From NCBI RefSeq assembly GCF_009914755.1, contig NC_060936.1: DNA of 64,000 nt; one strand, written 5' to 3'. The position numbers were made by a program, and so were the translations under genes. Below are positions 19,051-39,009 of the stretch, piece after piece. The notes beneath the pieces are model-generated. The model worked only from the letters and a program-made list of their open reading frames with translations, had not been told where the DNA came from and ran no database searches. The stretch is from the human T2T-CHM13v2.0 reference genome, Homo sapiens. Every line of letters begins with the position of its first letter. The first letter of the stretch is position 1.

Positions 19051-19831
19051 TTATGTCTTCTAAATATTTTTATTTATTTATGTATTTATTTATTTATTTA
19101 GAGATGGAATCTTGCTTTGTTGCCCAGGCTGGAGTGCAGTGGCACCATCTCGGCTTACTACAACCTCTGCCTCCTGGGTTCAAGTGATTCTCGTGCCTCA
19201 GCCTCCTAAGTAGCTGGTATTACAGGCGCCCACCACCACGCCTGGCTAATTTTTGTATTTTTAGTAGAGACGGGGGTTTCACCATGCTGGGCAGGTTGGT
19301 CTCAATTTCCTGATCTCAAATGATCCATCCACCTCAGCCTCTCCAAGTGCTGGGATTACAGGCATGAGCCACTGAGCCAAATATGAATCCAAAATATGAA
19401 CCCAAAATATGGGTTACATATTTTGACAATCACACCTAGGAGTAGGGAAAAATAATTCCAGGCAAAGAAAATAGGCAGAGCAAAAGCTGGGAGTGGGGAA
19501 ACAATCTCAGGTCCTAAATTCTATGCCGTTGGGATTTTTTCTTCTCCCATTTCCAAATATCACATGTACTATTAATCTTTATATGTAAATTAACTCACTT
19601 GGCAGAGGTTGCAGTAAGCCGAGATCATGCCGCTGCACGCCAGCTTGGATGACAGAGTGAGAACTTTTCTCAAGAAGAAAATAAAAATAAGTTAACTCAC
19701 TTTAAAAAAATCAATACATATATTGAAAAAAGGAGGGCCAGGCGCAGTGGCTCATGCCTGTAATCCCAGCACTTTGGGAGGCCGAGGCGGGTGGATCACC
19801 TGAGGTCAGGAGTTCGAGACCAGCCTAGTCA

Positions 19832-20411
<580 letters not shown>

Positions 20412-20929
20412 TGAGACCATCCTGACTAACATGGTGAAACCCCGTCTCTACTAAAAATACAAAAGATTAGCCGGGCGTGGTGGCGGGCGCCTGTAGTCCC
20501 AGCTACTCGGGAGGCTGAGGCAGGAGAATGGCATGACCCGGGAGGCGGAGCTTGCAATGAGCCGAGATCGCGCCACTGCACTCCAGCCTGGGCAACAGAG
20601 CAAGACTCCATCTCAAAAAAAAAAAAAAAATTAGAAGAATGGAGACTTTACGTATCATTATTATAAATAGAAAACCAGTAGCAGGTACCCTAAGGCAATA
20701 ATAAATGTAAAAATGAAAACACTGAAAGAACCAATTTAAGTCTTAGCTAGATGCTATGGCTTAGAGTTGACTGAGCTCCAAGGTCTCTGTTAAAAATAGG
20801 AATTAGCAAGGCCGGGAGCGGTGGCACACGCCTGTAATCCCAGCACTTTGGGAGGCCGAGGTGGGCAGATCACGAGGTCGGGAGTTCGAGACCAGCCTGG
20901 CCAACATAGTGAAACCGCGTCTCTACTCA

Positions 20930-21088
<159 letters not shown>

Positions 21089-21754
21089 TCAAAAAAAAAA
21101 AAAAGATTAGCAAATGTTAAAAGAGGTGTTAATGCCATGTAATCACCAGACTGACTCCTCTTGGCTTACTCAGAATTGCAAGAGAACCCAGACTCTAATA
21201 ACTTTCTTATGATGTCATTGGGTGTTACTTCACACCTCATCAGTGTAACCTAAAATCACCCTCCATCCCACAGTTTAGGGAACATAGGTTCTACTCCGGA
21301 GGAGGCTGTAGTCTTAACACCTGAGCTGTTGACAGGAAATGAAAGTCGGCCCAGGTTGTTTTGATGCTGAGTAACAAAGACCAGCCTGGCGGCATGGGGG
21401 CTGCCGCCTGCAATCCCAGCACGTTGGGAAGCTGATGCGGGAGGATCACATGAGTCCGAGAGTTGGAGACCAGCCTGGGCAACCATAGTGAGACCTTATC
21501 TCTACAAAAAAAAAAAAAATTAGCTGGGCATGGTGGCGCAGGCCTGTAGTCCCAGCTGCGCGGGAGGCTGAGGTGGGAAGATGCCTTGATCCTAGGAGGT
21601 CGGGACTGCAGTGAGCTATCATCCGGCGCCACTGCATTCCAGCCTGGGCGGGAGACCCTGTCTCAAGGGAAAAAAAAACAAAACAAAAAACCCACAGTGG
21701 AAGAGGGAGGAGCCGGGAACCAGACGGCTTGGGGTCAGTCAGGAGTCCTGGGCC

Positions 21755-21960
21755 TGCCCCACCTGCGCCCGGCTCACCTGCGCTCACCTGCGGGATCGCA
21801 GCATCCAGCCTCAATGTCCGTCAGCTGCGCGCGCCGCGGGCCCGGCCGGGGTCGCTATGGCAACGCGCAGCCCCAGCCTACCAACCAAGCAGTGCCCGCC
21901 CCTTCCTGCCGAGACCCGGTAGCGGCAAAATTTGATAGGCAAACTTACGTCACACTGTTG
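21755..21960 (-). promoter_or_regulatory. MORN3: Small CpG-rich distal promoter / non-coding first exon of MORN3 with an RFX X-box
   Basis: Local CpG cluster. X-box GTCGCTATGGCAAC at 21851-21864 and TTACGTCA (CRE variant) at 21945-21952. Minus-strand CAG|GTGAG donors at 21788 and 21778. A CTAAC branch point and several CAG acceptors lie just upstream of the MORN3 ATG (18700-18732). Confidence 0.65.
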
Positions 21961-23166
21961 TTTTGTTTGTTTTGTTTTGTTTTGTTTTGTTTTTTGAGAT
22001 GGAGTCTCACTCTGTCGCCCAGGCTGGAGTGCAGTGGCGCGGTTTCGGCTCACTGCAACCTCCGCCTCCCGGGTTCAAGCCATTCTCCCTGCTTCAGCCT
22101 CCCAAGTAACTGTGGTTATAGGGGCTTGCCACCACGCCCAGCTAATTTTTTGTATTTTTAGTAGACACGGGGTTTGGCTAGGCTGGTCTTGAACTCCTAA
22201 CCTCAAGTGATCCGCCCACGTCGCTTCCCAAAGTGCTGGGATTAGAGGCGTGAGCCACCGTGCCTGGCCGTCACACTGGACCTTAGCCTTGTTGGGGTTT
22301 GGACTGCTCTGAGCGTCTAATGGGAGCCCTAGAGACCCCCCGGCCCCTGAAGGGTGCCTACTTATTACCCTCCACAAGTCGGCTTCAGTCACTCTCGGCT
22401 CACACCCTCCAGGGGCTACCCTGGTCACTCAGGGTAAAAGCCACAGCCCTTCCAGTGGCCTTCAAGGCCCTGGTGATCTGCTCGCCCCTCCCCTTTCCAC
22501 TCACACCTTGCCCCCCCACTCCTGGCAACCCGTCTCTGCTCCAGCCACACACTTGCTTCATTGCTGTTCCTGGAAAATACTGGGCATGTTCTGGCCTCGG
22601 GGCCTTTGCCTCTTTTGTGCCTGCTGCCAGGACATCTGTTCCTCCGGAAAGCAGCCTGGATCATTCCCTTCTCTCCTTCAGGGCTTTATTCAAAAATCAC
22701 CTTCTCAGTGAGGAGTTCCTGGAATCACCCTATTTAAAGTTGGAATTTCCATATACACTTGCCAACCCCCTCATTTCTGTTTTATGTCCTCTTTAGCACT
22801 TAGCACCACCACACATACACCCCTTATTTATTGTCTGTCTCTTGGAAGATAAACTTTTTTTTTCTTCCAACTTCTATTTTCAATAAAAATTTCAAACACA
22901 GAAAAAAAAATAACTACAATGAACACCTGTTACCGCCTCTGCCTATGTTTAACAATTACTGGCATTTTGCCCTATTTGAAAACAGAAAAGTTTTTGTGCT
23001 TTCTCACTGCCATCTCTGTAGGACCTAGAGGTGTGCCAGACACACAAAGTTGTTCAATAAATATTTGTTGGATAAATGAATGAATGAATGAATGATGTGC
23101 TTTGGGGGACTCCTGCTGCGGGGGTTGGTGGTCCTCAGGTTAAGGATTCCTTCTAGAAAGGAGTCA

Positions 23167-23436
<270 letters not shown>

Positions 23437-23592
23437 TCAAAAAAAAAAAAAAAAGAAGTAACAGAGAGATAGAGGAAAGAGAGGAAGAAAGAGACAGAGG
23501 CCAGGTGCAGTGGCTTATGCCTGTAATCCCAGCACTTTGGGAGGCCGAGGTGGGCGGATCACGAGGTCAGGAGATCGAGACCATCCTGGCTA

Positions 23593-24872
<1,280 letters not shown>

Positions 24873-24875
24873 TGA

Positions 24876-25244
<369 letters not shown>

Positions 25245-25287
25245 TGAGCCTGGCCTTTTTATTTTTCTTCTATTTTTTTTTTTATAG

Positions 25288-25521
<234 letters not shown>

Positions 25522-26089
25522 TAGCCTCTCAAAGTGCTAGGATTACAAGTGCCAGCCACCACACCAGGCAGATCCATTATTTGCCCTTCTCCTGCTGTGC
25601 TTTGTTTGGCAGGGATGCTGCCTCCTGCCTCTGGGCAGTGACTTCCCCGCAGTGACTTCTGGCTGCATTCAGCCAATGGCAGATGCTGGGGTCTTTCCCT
25701 CTTTCTCTGCTTCAGGGAGTGTCTCTGGCAGAAAGTGCACCTGGTTTCATCTCTTGCTGCCCAGGTCTGGCCTGTGGGCTCTGTGAGCACTTCTTCCCTT
25801 CGCCTCTCCAGCCCTAGGTATCATCTTTTCTCCTGCTGCTCTTTCTATCCATCCAACACTGTTATCACTATGAAGAAATTCTTTTTGTGGAACTACTTGG
25901 CACGTGATTTGGGTTTTCTACCAAGACTCTGACTGCTAGAGTAGTGTGGTCAGGTGTCCCATAACACCAAAAATATATGTCCCTGGTAAGATTGCTGCCC
26001 AGTTGGTGCAGGTGACCCGAGACTGCAGCCAACACTGCTGGTGCCCACCTTGGTCCCTTTAGGTCCTTCCTACCAGTTCTGTGTGCTGA

Positions 26090-26489
<400 letters not shown>

Positions 26490-26937
26490 TGAGTTACTGA
26501 AGCCACTTCACCTGTTTGGGCAGACAGCTGGGAGTGCCCAGAGCTGACACCCTCCAGGTGACCCACAGGTAACGGCTGACCCACGCTGGAGTGTAGGAGC
26601 CTTGCTTCAAGACCACACAGACTTTGAGGTGATGTTTTTCCTTTTTTTCTTTTTGGTGATTTCTTATTTTGGTAATATATACATAACATTAAAGTTACCA
26701 TTTTATTTTTGTCCCAACTACAAACTTATATTTTAAATATTTTTAAGTGCACACTTTAGGGGCATTAAGTACATTGACATTGTCCTACAACCATCACCTC
26801 CATCCATCTCCAGAACTTTTTCATCTTGCCAAACAAACATTCAGCCCCATTCAACACTAACTCTTGTTCCCCTTCCCTTTCCTCAGCCCCTGGCACTCAC
26901 CATTCTGCTTTTTTTTTTTTTTTTTTTTTTTTTCTGA

Positions 26938-27411
<474 letters not shown>

Positions 27412-27970
27412 TAGAAGTAGGGTCTCATTCTGTCGCCCAGGCTGGAATGTAGTGGCATGAACATGGCTCACTGCAGCCTCAAACTCCTGGGCTCAAGTGA
27501 TCTTCCTGCCTTGGCCTCCCAATAGCAGGGATTACAGGCACACACCACCACACCCATCTAATTATCTTATTTTTTGTAGAGATAGGGGGTCTCACTATGT
27601 TGCCCAGGATAGTCTCAAACTCCTGGGCTCAAACGACCCTCCCGCCTGGGCCTCTCAAAGTGCTGGGATTACTTTGAGAGGGCATGAGCCCCTGTACCTG
27701 GCCTTATTGCATCATCTATATTTAATTCATTGGGTGCACCTTTCTCTCTCCCAGTAGACTGTAATTGATGGATAGAAAACTTCCTCAGTGTATCTTCCTG
27801 CCTTATACAAGGTTCTTTGGTTGCCAGTAGAGAAAGCATTTCATATTACCCCAAAAGGGAAATTTATTACAAGGATGTTAAGAGTCTTTCGTGGAGTCTA
27901 ATAACAGGAAATTCAGCTGGAGTTTACAAGGAACTGGACTCCAGCGTTGGACACCTGTCTACAGCAAAGC

Positions 27971-27972
<2 letters not shown>

Positions 27973-28014
<42 letters not shown>
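27973..28014. repeat. (CT)n microsatellite
   Basis: About 20 CT units. Confidence 0.95.
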
Positions 28015-28016
<2 letters not shown>

Positions 28017-29209
28017 CCTCCCCGCCTCAGTCTTTCTGGTTCTGTGAATCAGCTTTCTCATGGTGGGAAGCAGCTGCCCCTTTTATCACCTCAGTTCCAA
28101 TCCCTCACACAAACTTACTGGCTGTTTCTGAATTCCAATCCCCAAACCCTGATTGGCCCAGCTGGGTCTGGAGTCGGCCCCTGGCCAGTCATGCTGCTGC
28201 CACTGTGGTTCTTTTTATGAAATTTTCCTCTCCTCCTTAGGTACCTAGCCAGCAGCCCAGGCCCATCTTCAACCCGGTACAAACTGTCTCTTGCCTGTTG
28301 GCCTGTCCAGAGCCACCCTGCCACTCGTTGAGGGGTGCCTCATGACTTGGAACCTTCTCTTCCTTGACCAGCCTAAGACACAGCCCCAAGCCTCAGTCCC
28401 AGCATGGCAAAGAGCTCATTCGCAGCCCCTAATCAGACCCTGGCTCAGAGGAAGCCAGGACCGCCCCATCGAGAAGAATCTGGGCCAAATTAGGGCTCAT
28501 CTGCATCTGCAGGCCAGCCGGAAGGGCAGGTTACACAAATCTATGAGATTATTCTCCCTATGGGGTCAGAGTTGGGTAACATTATTCACAACACCTGAGT
28601 AGGTGGTTCAGGCTGGCCCCTCCCAGATACTGACATGCCAAGAGCATTAGGCCTGGGGGGCTCCTGTCCCAAATACCCTTCGGGTAATCACTTCCAGATC
28701 TGAGTGGCAAGGATATGGCTGAGCGCCATATTCAAGGATCTTGTTTACAGCTTTGGGTGAGAGGAGTTGCCCTGTATAGTCTGGGGCAAGAGGGACTCCC
28801 CTCAACACCCACAGATAAATGTCCCCTCAATCAGCAAGGCATGGTCTTGTTGACCCTCTTCTGGGCACAGACCTTTAGCTTTCTTCCTGGATGTTCAGCC
28901 TTGGCAGGGAGTCCTGAGATTTGTTTTTTTTTTTTTTCTTTTACAGAGTCTCGCTCTGTCACCCAGGCTGGAGTGCAGTGATGCGATCTTGGCTCACTGC
29001 AACCTCCACCTCCTGGGTTAAAGTGATTCTTGTACCTCGGCCTCTCAAGTAGCTGGGACTACGGGCACTGCCACCATGCCCGGCTAATTTTGTATTTTTA
29101 GTAGAGACGGTTTCACCACGTTGGCCAGCCCAGTCTCCAACTCCTGACCTCAAGTGATCCGCCCACCTCGGTCTCCCAAAGTGCTGGGATTACAGGCATG
29201 GGCCATAGC

Positions 29210-30530
<1,321 letters not shown>

Positions 30531-31237
30531 ATTTATTTATTTATTTATTTTGAAAATGTTCTCAATTTCACCATTCTGATAGTTGCAGAAGTCTGTGGAC
30601 ACACTAAAAGCCATTGAATTGTACACTTTATTTATTTATTTATTTATTTTGAAAATGTTCTCAATTTCACCGTGCTGATAGTTGCATAAGTCTGTGGACA
30701 CACTAAAAACCATTGAATTGTACACTTATTTATTTATTTTGAAAATGTTCTCAATTTCACCGTGCTGATAGTTGCATAAGTCTGTGGACACACTAAAAAC
30801 TATTGAATTGTACACTTCATTTATTTATTTATTTATTTAAGATGGAGTCTCACTCTGTCGTCCAGGCTGGAGTGCAGTGGCACGATCTAGGCTCAAGCGA
30901 TTCTCCTGCCTCAGCCTCCCGAGTAGCTGGGATTACAGGCGCCTGCCACCATGCCCAGCTAATTTTTGTATTTTCAGTAGAGACGGGGTTTCACCGCATT
31001 GGCCAGGCTGGTCTCAAACTCCTGACCTTGTGATCAGCACGCCTCAGCCTCCCAAAGTGCTGGGATTACAGGTGTAAGCCACCGTGCCTGGCCAGAATTC
31101 ACTCATTTAAAGTGTACAGCTGGGAACGGTGGCTCAGGCCTGTAATCCAGCACTTTGGAAGGCTAAGGTGGGCGGATCACCTGAGGTCGGGAGTTTGAGA
31201 CCAGCCTGACCAACATGGAGAAACCCCGTCTCTACTA

Positions 31238-31396
<159 letters not shown>

Positions 31397-31450
31397 TCAA
31401 AAAAAAAAAAAGAAAAAAGAAAAAAAAGAAAAAGTCTCTCATGCAGAATG

Positions 31451-31465
31451 AGCGCCCTCTAGGGG
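31451..31465 (-). promoter_or_regulatory. Candidate CTCF motif (reverse orientation)
   Basis: Reverse complement CCCCTAGAGGGCGCT closely fits the CTCF core CCASYAGRKGGCRS (one mismatch) and lies in unique sequence between Alus. Confidence 0.5.
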
Positions 31466-32475
31466 CTGTCAGGTGTCCAGAGCGAGTCACAGACCACTTT
31501 TTTTTTTTTTTTTGAGATTTCTGCTAAATTGAAAACCAGGTAAATGTCAAAAGAAGGTAACATAGAATGGGCTAAATTTTGTTTAACTTTTTATGGAAGT
31601 GTAAAGTGCATATAGAAAAGTGGGGCAGGCATGGTGGCTCACCCCTGTAATCCCAACACTTTGGGAGGCCCAAGTAGGAGGATTGCTTAAGGTCAGATCA
31701 GACCAGCCTGGGCAACATAGTGAGACCCCCATCTCAAAAAAAATTAAAAAAATTTAAAAATAGCTGGATGTGGTAGTGCATGCCTGTAGTCTCAGCTACT
31801 CAGGAGGTTGAGGCGAGATCACTTGAGCCCAGGAGGTCGAGAGGTCGAGGCTTCAGTGAGTGGTGATCCCACCACTGCACTTCAGCCTCGGTGACAGAGC
31901 AAGACCCTGTCTCAAAAAAAAAAAAAAGGGGGGGGGCCAGGAGCGGTGGCTCACACCTGTAATCCCAACACTTTCAGAGGCCAATGCAGATAGATTGCTT
32001 GAGACCAGGCATTTGAGACCAACCTGGGCAACATGGCTAAATCTCGTCTCTACAAAAAAATTTTTTTAATTAGCTGGGCAATGTGGTGCATGCCTATGGT
32101 CCCACCTACTCCAGAGGCTGAGGTGGGAGGATCACCCAAGGCCCAGGAAGTGAAGGTTGCAGTGACCAGTAATCATGCCTATGCATACCAGCCTGGGTGG
32201 CAAAGTGAGACCCTGTCTCAAAAAAAAAAAAAAGTGGAAATATCATCAGTGTATACCTTGATAAATTTTCACAAACTGAACACAGCATTTTGTCAAAACC
32301 AATAGTCTCTGGGACCATCTCTCTCCGGAACAATGCCAAAAGTCTAAATTCGAGTCCTTCTATATGTGTGAGGACACTCCTGAGTTGACTTTGTAGGCCC
32401 CTTTTTTTGTCTCCTTTTTCCCCTTATTTTTCCAAAGGAAAATGAGGTGCCATCTGGGCCGGGCACGGTGGCTCA

Positions 32476-32807
<332 letters not shown>

Positions 32808-33414
32808 TTATTTATGTATTTATATTATTATTTTTAGAGACAGGGGCTCACTCTGTTGCCCAGGGTGGAGTAAAGTGGCCTGATCATACCTCACTGCAGC
32901 TTTGAACTCCTGCCTCAGCCTCCCTTGTATTTATTTATTTATTTATTTATTTGTGAGGCAGAGTCTCACTTTGTCACCCAGGCTGGAGTGCAGCGGTGTA
33001 CTCATGGCTTACTGCAGCCTCAACCTCCTGGGCTCAAGTGATCCTCTCACCTCAGCCTCCCAAGGAACTGGGACCACAGGTGTGTACCACCACACTCGGT
33101 TAACTTTTGTATTTTTTGTAGAGACCAGGTTTCGTTGTGTTGCCCAGGCTGGTCTCGATCTCGTAGGCTAGAGTGATCCTCCTGCCTCAGCCTCCCAAAG
33201 TGCTGAGATTACAAGTGTGAGCCACTGTGCCTGTCCCCTCCCTTGTATTTGAATTTAAATTTAAGTTAGATAAAATTAAAAATTCCTCAGTCACAGTAGC
33301 CGCGTTCCAAGTGCTTTGTGGACACATGCTGGACTATATGGGACAGACATATGCAGACATTGTGGCACCCTCGCCAGTTCTACTGGACAGAGCTGCTCTA
33401 GGGATGAGTTTTCA

Positions 33415-33834
<420 letters not shown>

Positions 33835-34613
33835 CTAACATCATGTCTGCAGGGATAAGCCAGTGAAAATTACAGTGTTTGAAAATAGTTGTTAGGCAAA
33901 GAAATAAAGCTAATAAATCATCCCAAGGAAAAATGCATGGCCTCACTAGAATTAAATAAATGAAAATTAAAATAACCCTGCCATACCATTACATACTGTC
34001 TAGACTAGGAAAAATGTGTAAAAATGATGGCCTGCGATATTGGAAAAAGAGACACCATTACACATGGCTAGCCATCCTCGCAATTAGGTAAATCTTCCTG
34101 AAGAACCATCTGGAACTGTTACAGGAACTATAAAACCATTTTCTGACTGAATAATTCCACTTAATGACTATTTGTTCAACATATATAGCTGGCATGAGGC
34201 ACAGTACTTGGCACTTCACATACTTTTTTTTGTTTTTTGGTTTTTTTTGAGACGGAGTCTCGCTCTGTCGCCCAGGCTGGAGTGCAGTGGCGCGATCTCA
34301 GCTCACTGCAAACGCCGCCTCCTGGGTTCAAGAGATTCTCCTGCCTCAGCTTCCTGACTTCACACACACTTTTTAAAGAATTTACTTTTTGCAACAATCC
34401 TGTGAGATTGGTAGGTATCCTGATCTTTGTTTTAAAAAGAAGCAAACTGTCCAGGCGCAGTGGCTCACCGCTGTAATCCCAGCACTTTGGGAGGCTGAGG
34501 TAGGAGGATCACTTGGGTCAGGAGTTCAAGACCAGCCTGGCCAACACAGCAAACCCGGTCTCTACTAAAAATACAAAAATTAGCTGGGCGTGGTGGCTGA
34601 GGCAGGTGGATCA

Positions 34614-34939
<326 letters not shown>

Positions 34940-36079
34940 TCAGTCGCAGGCCTCTTAACCTGGGAAGACCGGCCCAGAACCCCACATTGCCTCCCATTCC
35001 AGAGAATTGCCTTCAGTCAGGTCATCCCAGTGCTTTGAGAGGCCAAGGCAGGAAAATCGCTTGAGGCCAGGAGTTCCAGTCTAGCTTGGGCAACAAGACC
35101 ATGTCTCTATATAGTCCTCGCTACTTGGGAGGCTGAGGTAGGACGATTGCTCGAGCCCATGAATTAGAGGCTGCAGTGAGCTACGCACTCCAGCCTGGGA
35201 GACACAGTGAGACACAATCTTAAAAGAAAAAAAGAAAAGAAAAAAGCCAGATGTGGTGATGCGCACCTGTAGTACAGCTACTCGGGAGGGTGAGGTAGGA
35301 TCGCTTGAGCCCAGGAGATGGAGGCTGCAGTGAGTTATGATCTCGCCACTGTATTCTAGCCTGGATGGCAGAGTGAGACCCCGTCTCTTAAAAAATAATA
35401 ATAAATAAAAATAATTTTAAAGAGAGGCTGGGGCCGGGCACGGTGGCTCACGCCTGTAATCCCAGCACTTTGGGAGGCCGAGGCGGGCAGATCATGAGGT
35501 CAGGAGTTTGAGACCAGCCTGGCCAACATGGTGAAAACCCGTCTCTAGTTAAAAATACAAAAAAATTAGCCAGGTGTGGTGGCGGGTGTCTGTAATGCCA
35601 GCTACTCGGGAGGCTGAGGTAGGAGAGAATCGCTTGAACCCGGGAGGCGGAGGTTGCAGGGAGCCCAGATCGCGTCATTGCATGCCAGCCTGGGCAACAA
35701 GAATGAAACTTTGTCTCAAAAAAAAAAAAAAAAAAAAGAGAGAGAATTGCCACCAAAGAAAGGAATAGTACACTGGGATGGAGGAATAAATTTATGCAAA
35801 AATATACATATGAACGTAATTATTACATATTATTACAGGAGAAAAATTGTAAAATGCACACAGCAATGTAAGTTTGGTTTACACATAGTAGGTGCTCAAT
35901 AAATGCTTAATATAAAAAAGCAATTCGGTTGTATCTACAGCTAACAATATACTATATGGTACACTTTAAAAATACTCTCATGTCAAGTATTTTTACCACA
36001 ATAAAATAAAATAAAATTATTTTAAAAACCCCAAACCAAAAAATCCATAATTCGGAGGAATTCTGGCCCTTTAAAAGCC

Positions 36080-36540
36080 AGAGGCTGGTTAAGAGAGAAA
36101 GGCGGGTCCTGGAGCTGGTGTAATAAGCTCTTTGCCTTATTTAAATGAGCATGCGTGAAGGTCGCCCCGGTGCCTGAGTCACGTTCCTGTACTCAATGCG
36201 CCTGCGCTTCCTGAAGCCAGACTGGGCCCTCGGCTCCGCCCGCCTATTTAAGTGGGCGGAGACAGTCGCGTGAGTTCAGTGGACCCACAATCTCCCGCGC
36301 AATTAACCAGACCCGCCCCTTTACACATGCGCATACGTCAGCAGTTGACAGTTGCTGAAGGACCCCTGGAGTTGGGCCTGCGCTCTGGACGCTCCTGCCG
36401 GAAGTGGGCGGGATCGCGTTGCAACGCGGCAAGGGCGATGAGAGCGCGGAGGAGGCGCTGGTGGCCGAGTTTGGGGCGGGGACTGTCCCCAATGCTCCGC
36501 AGCAAGGTTACTCGACCAAAAAATGTCACGACTGGGAATA
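36080..36540. promoter_or_regulatory. Orphan CpG-rich promoter-like element
   Basis: Non-repeat CpG-dense stretch among Alus. NRF1-like TGCGCCTGCGC (36197-36207) and CATGCGCAT (36326-36334), ETS/GABPA CCGGAAGTG (36398-36406), and several GC boxes. Confidence 0.65.
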
Positions 36541-36564
36541 TGAACACAGAGAATTTACCCTTCA

Positions 36565-37267
<703 letters not shown>

Positions 37268-37348
37268 TCATAAAAAGCATAGAAAAGTAATGAAAAAGCA
37301 ACATGGAAACCCTTAAATGGACTCAAAATCTACACCTAGTTAATATGA

Positions 37349-37582
<234 letters not shown>

Positions 37583-37936
37583 TAGTAGAAATGGGGTTTC
37601 ATCATGTTGGCCAGGCTGGTCTTGAACACCTGACCTTAGGCTTCCTGACCTGATCCACCCCCCTCGGCCTCCCAAAGTGCTGGGATTACAGGTGTGTGCC
37701 CTTGCGCCCGGCCCATTTTCAAATTCTTCATAATTTTTTTTTTTTTTTGAGACATGGTCTCCCTCTGTTGCCCAGGCTTGAGTGCAGTGGTGCGATCACA
37801 GCTCACTGTAGCCTTGACTTTTTAGACAAGCGATCCTCCTGCCTCAGCCTCCTGAGTAGGTGGGACCACAGGCGTGTGCCACTATGCCCGCTAATTTTTT
37901 ATTTTTATAGAGATGGGGTCTCGCTATCTTGCCTAG

Positions 37937-38038
<102 letters not shown>

Positions 38039-38039
38039 T

Positions 38040-38296
38040 AGAGCCTCATGAGAGAAACAGTCCCCTTCCCAGCTGTGGACATAGTTACGTGAGGATGTGA
38101 TAGAGGCTGTGACATGCTGAGAAATACAGCCAACCTGCTGCAGATGGCAGAGAAAAAGAACTTGACCCTTAATGACATTCCTGAGCCATTCACAACACTG
38201 TAAGGTCATTGGACCCATTGTTCTGTGACATAGTAAATTTTCCTTATTGGTTAAGCACTTTTGGTTACATTTCCTTTTACTTGCAGGTTGGCTGAT
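38040..38296 (+). mobile_element. Old MaLR (MLT1-like) LTR fragment
   Basis: Degenerate MLT1-like motifs (GATGGCAGAG..., TTCTGTGACATAGTAAATTTTCCTTATTGGTTAAGC...TTACTTGCAG). Confidence 0.45.
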
Positions 38297-38972
38297 TGTG
38301 GAGGCTAAAGCAACTCTACCTTGCCAGCTTATCCACCATGTGGACTTCTAATTAATCTCAGTTGCCGGAATGCCTCTAAGATTTCTACGTTATCTACTGT
38401 GAAGAGCAAGTAATTACTGCAAATCCTGCCCTTGGGTCAAAACAACCTTGATGACATATTCCTTCTGAAGCACATATACTCTTTCCCTAGGTATATAAGC
38501 CTTGGGTCTGGGGGCTAACGGTGCAGGGATCCATCATCTCACAGCCACCCAAGACATGGCTTTTGTTCAAAAATCCCTATTAAATGTTTCATTCTGAGAC
38601 TGGGTGGGTGGCTCACGCCTGTAATCCTAGTGCTTTGGGAGGCCAAGACAGGAGGAATGCTTGAGGCCAGGAGTTTGAGAGCAACCTGGACAAAGTGGTG
38701 AGACCTCATTGCTACAAAAAAATGGAAAACCTTAACCAAGTGTGCTGCGGTGCACCTATAGTCCCAGCTACTCAGGAAGCTGAGGCAGGAGCATTGCTTG
38801 AGCCCAGAAGTCTGAGGCTACAGTGAGCCATGATTGTGCCACTGCACTCCAGCCTGGGCAACAGAGCAAGACTCTGTCTCTAAAAAACAAAAAAGTTTCT
38901 TTCTGAGAAACCAGGTTTGTCAGCTTCCTTCAGCTCTCAGCCCTTGCAGGTAGGTTTGCTCATGGTAGAACA
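38297..38972 (+). mobile_element. Solo ERV1-class (MER4-group-like) LTR interrupted by an AluJ-like element
   Basis: TG...CA termini (TGTGGAGGCTAAAGCAACT...GGTAGAACA) flanked by direct repeat CTGAT (38292-38296 and 38973-38977). TATA-like GTATATAAG and ATTAAA inside; Alu at about 38598-38893. Confidence 0.6.
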
Positions 38973-39009
38973 CTGATACGTCACCCCCAAGCTATCCCAA
39001 GAAACCATG

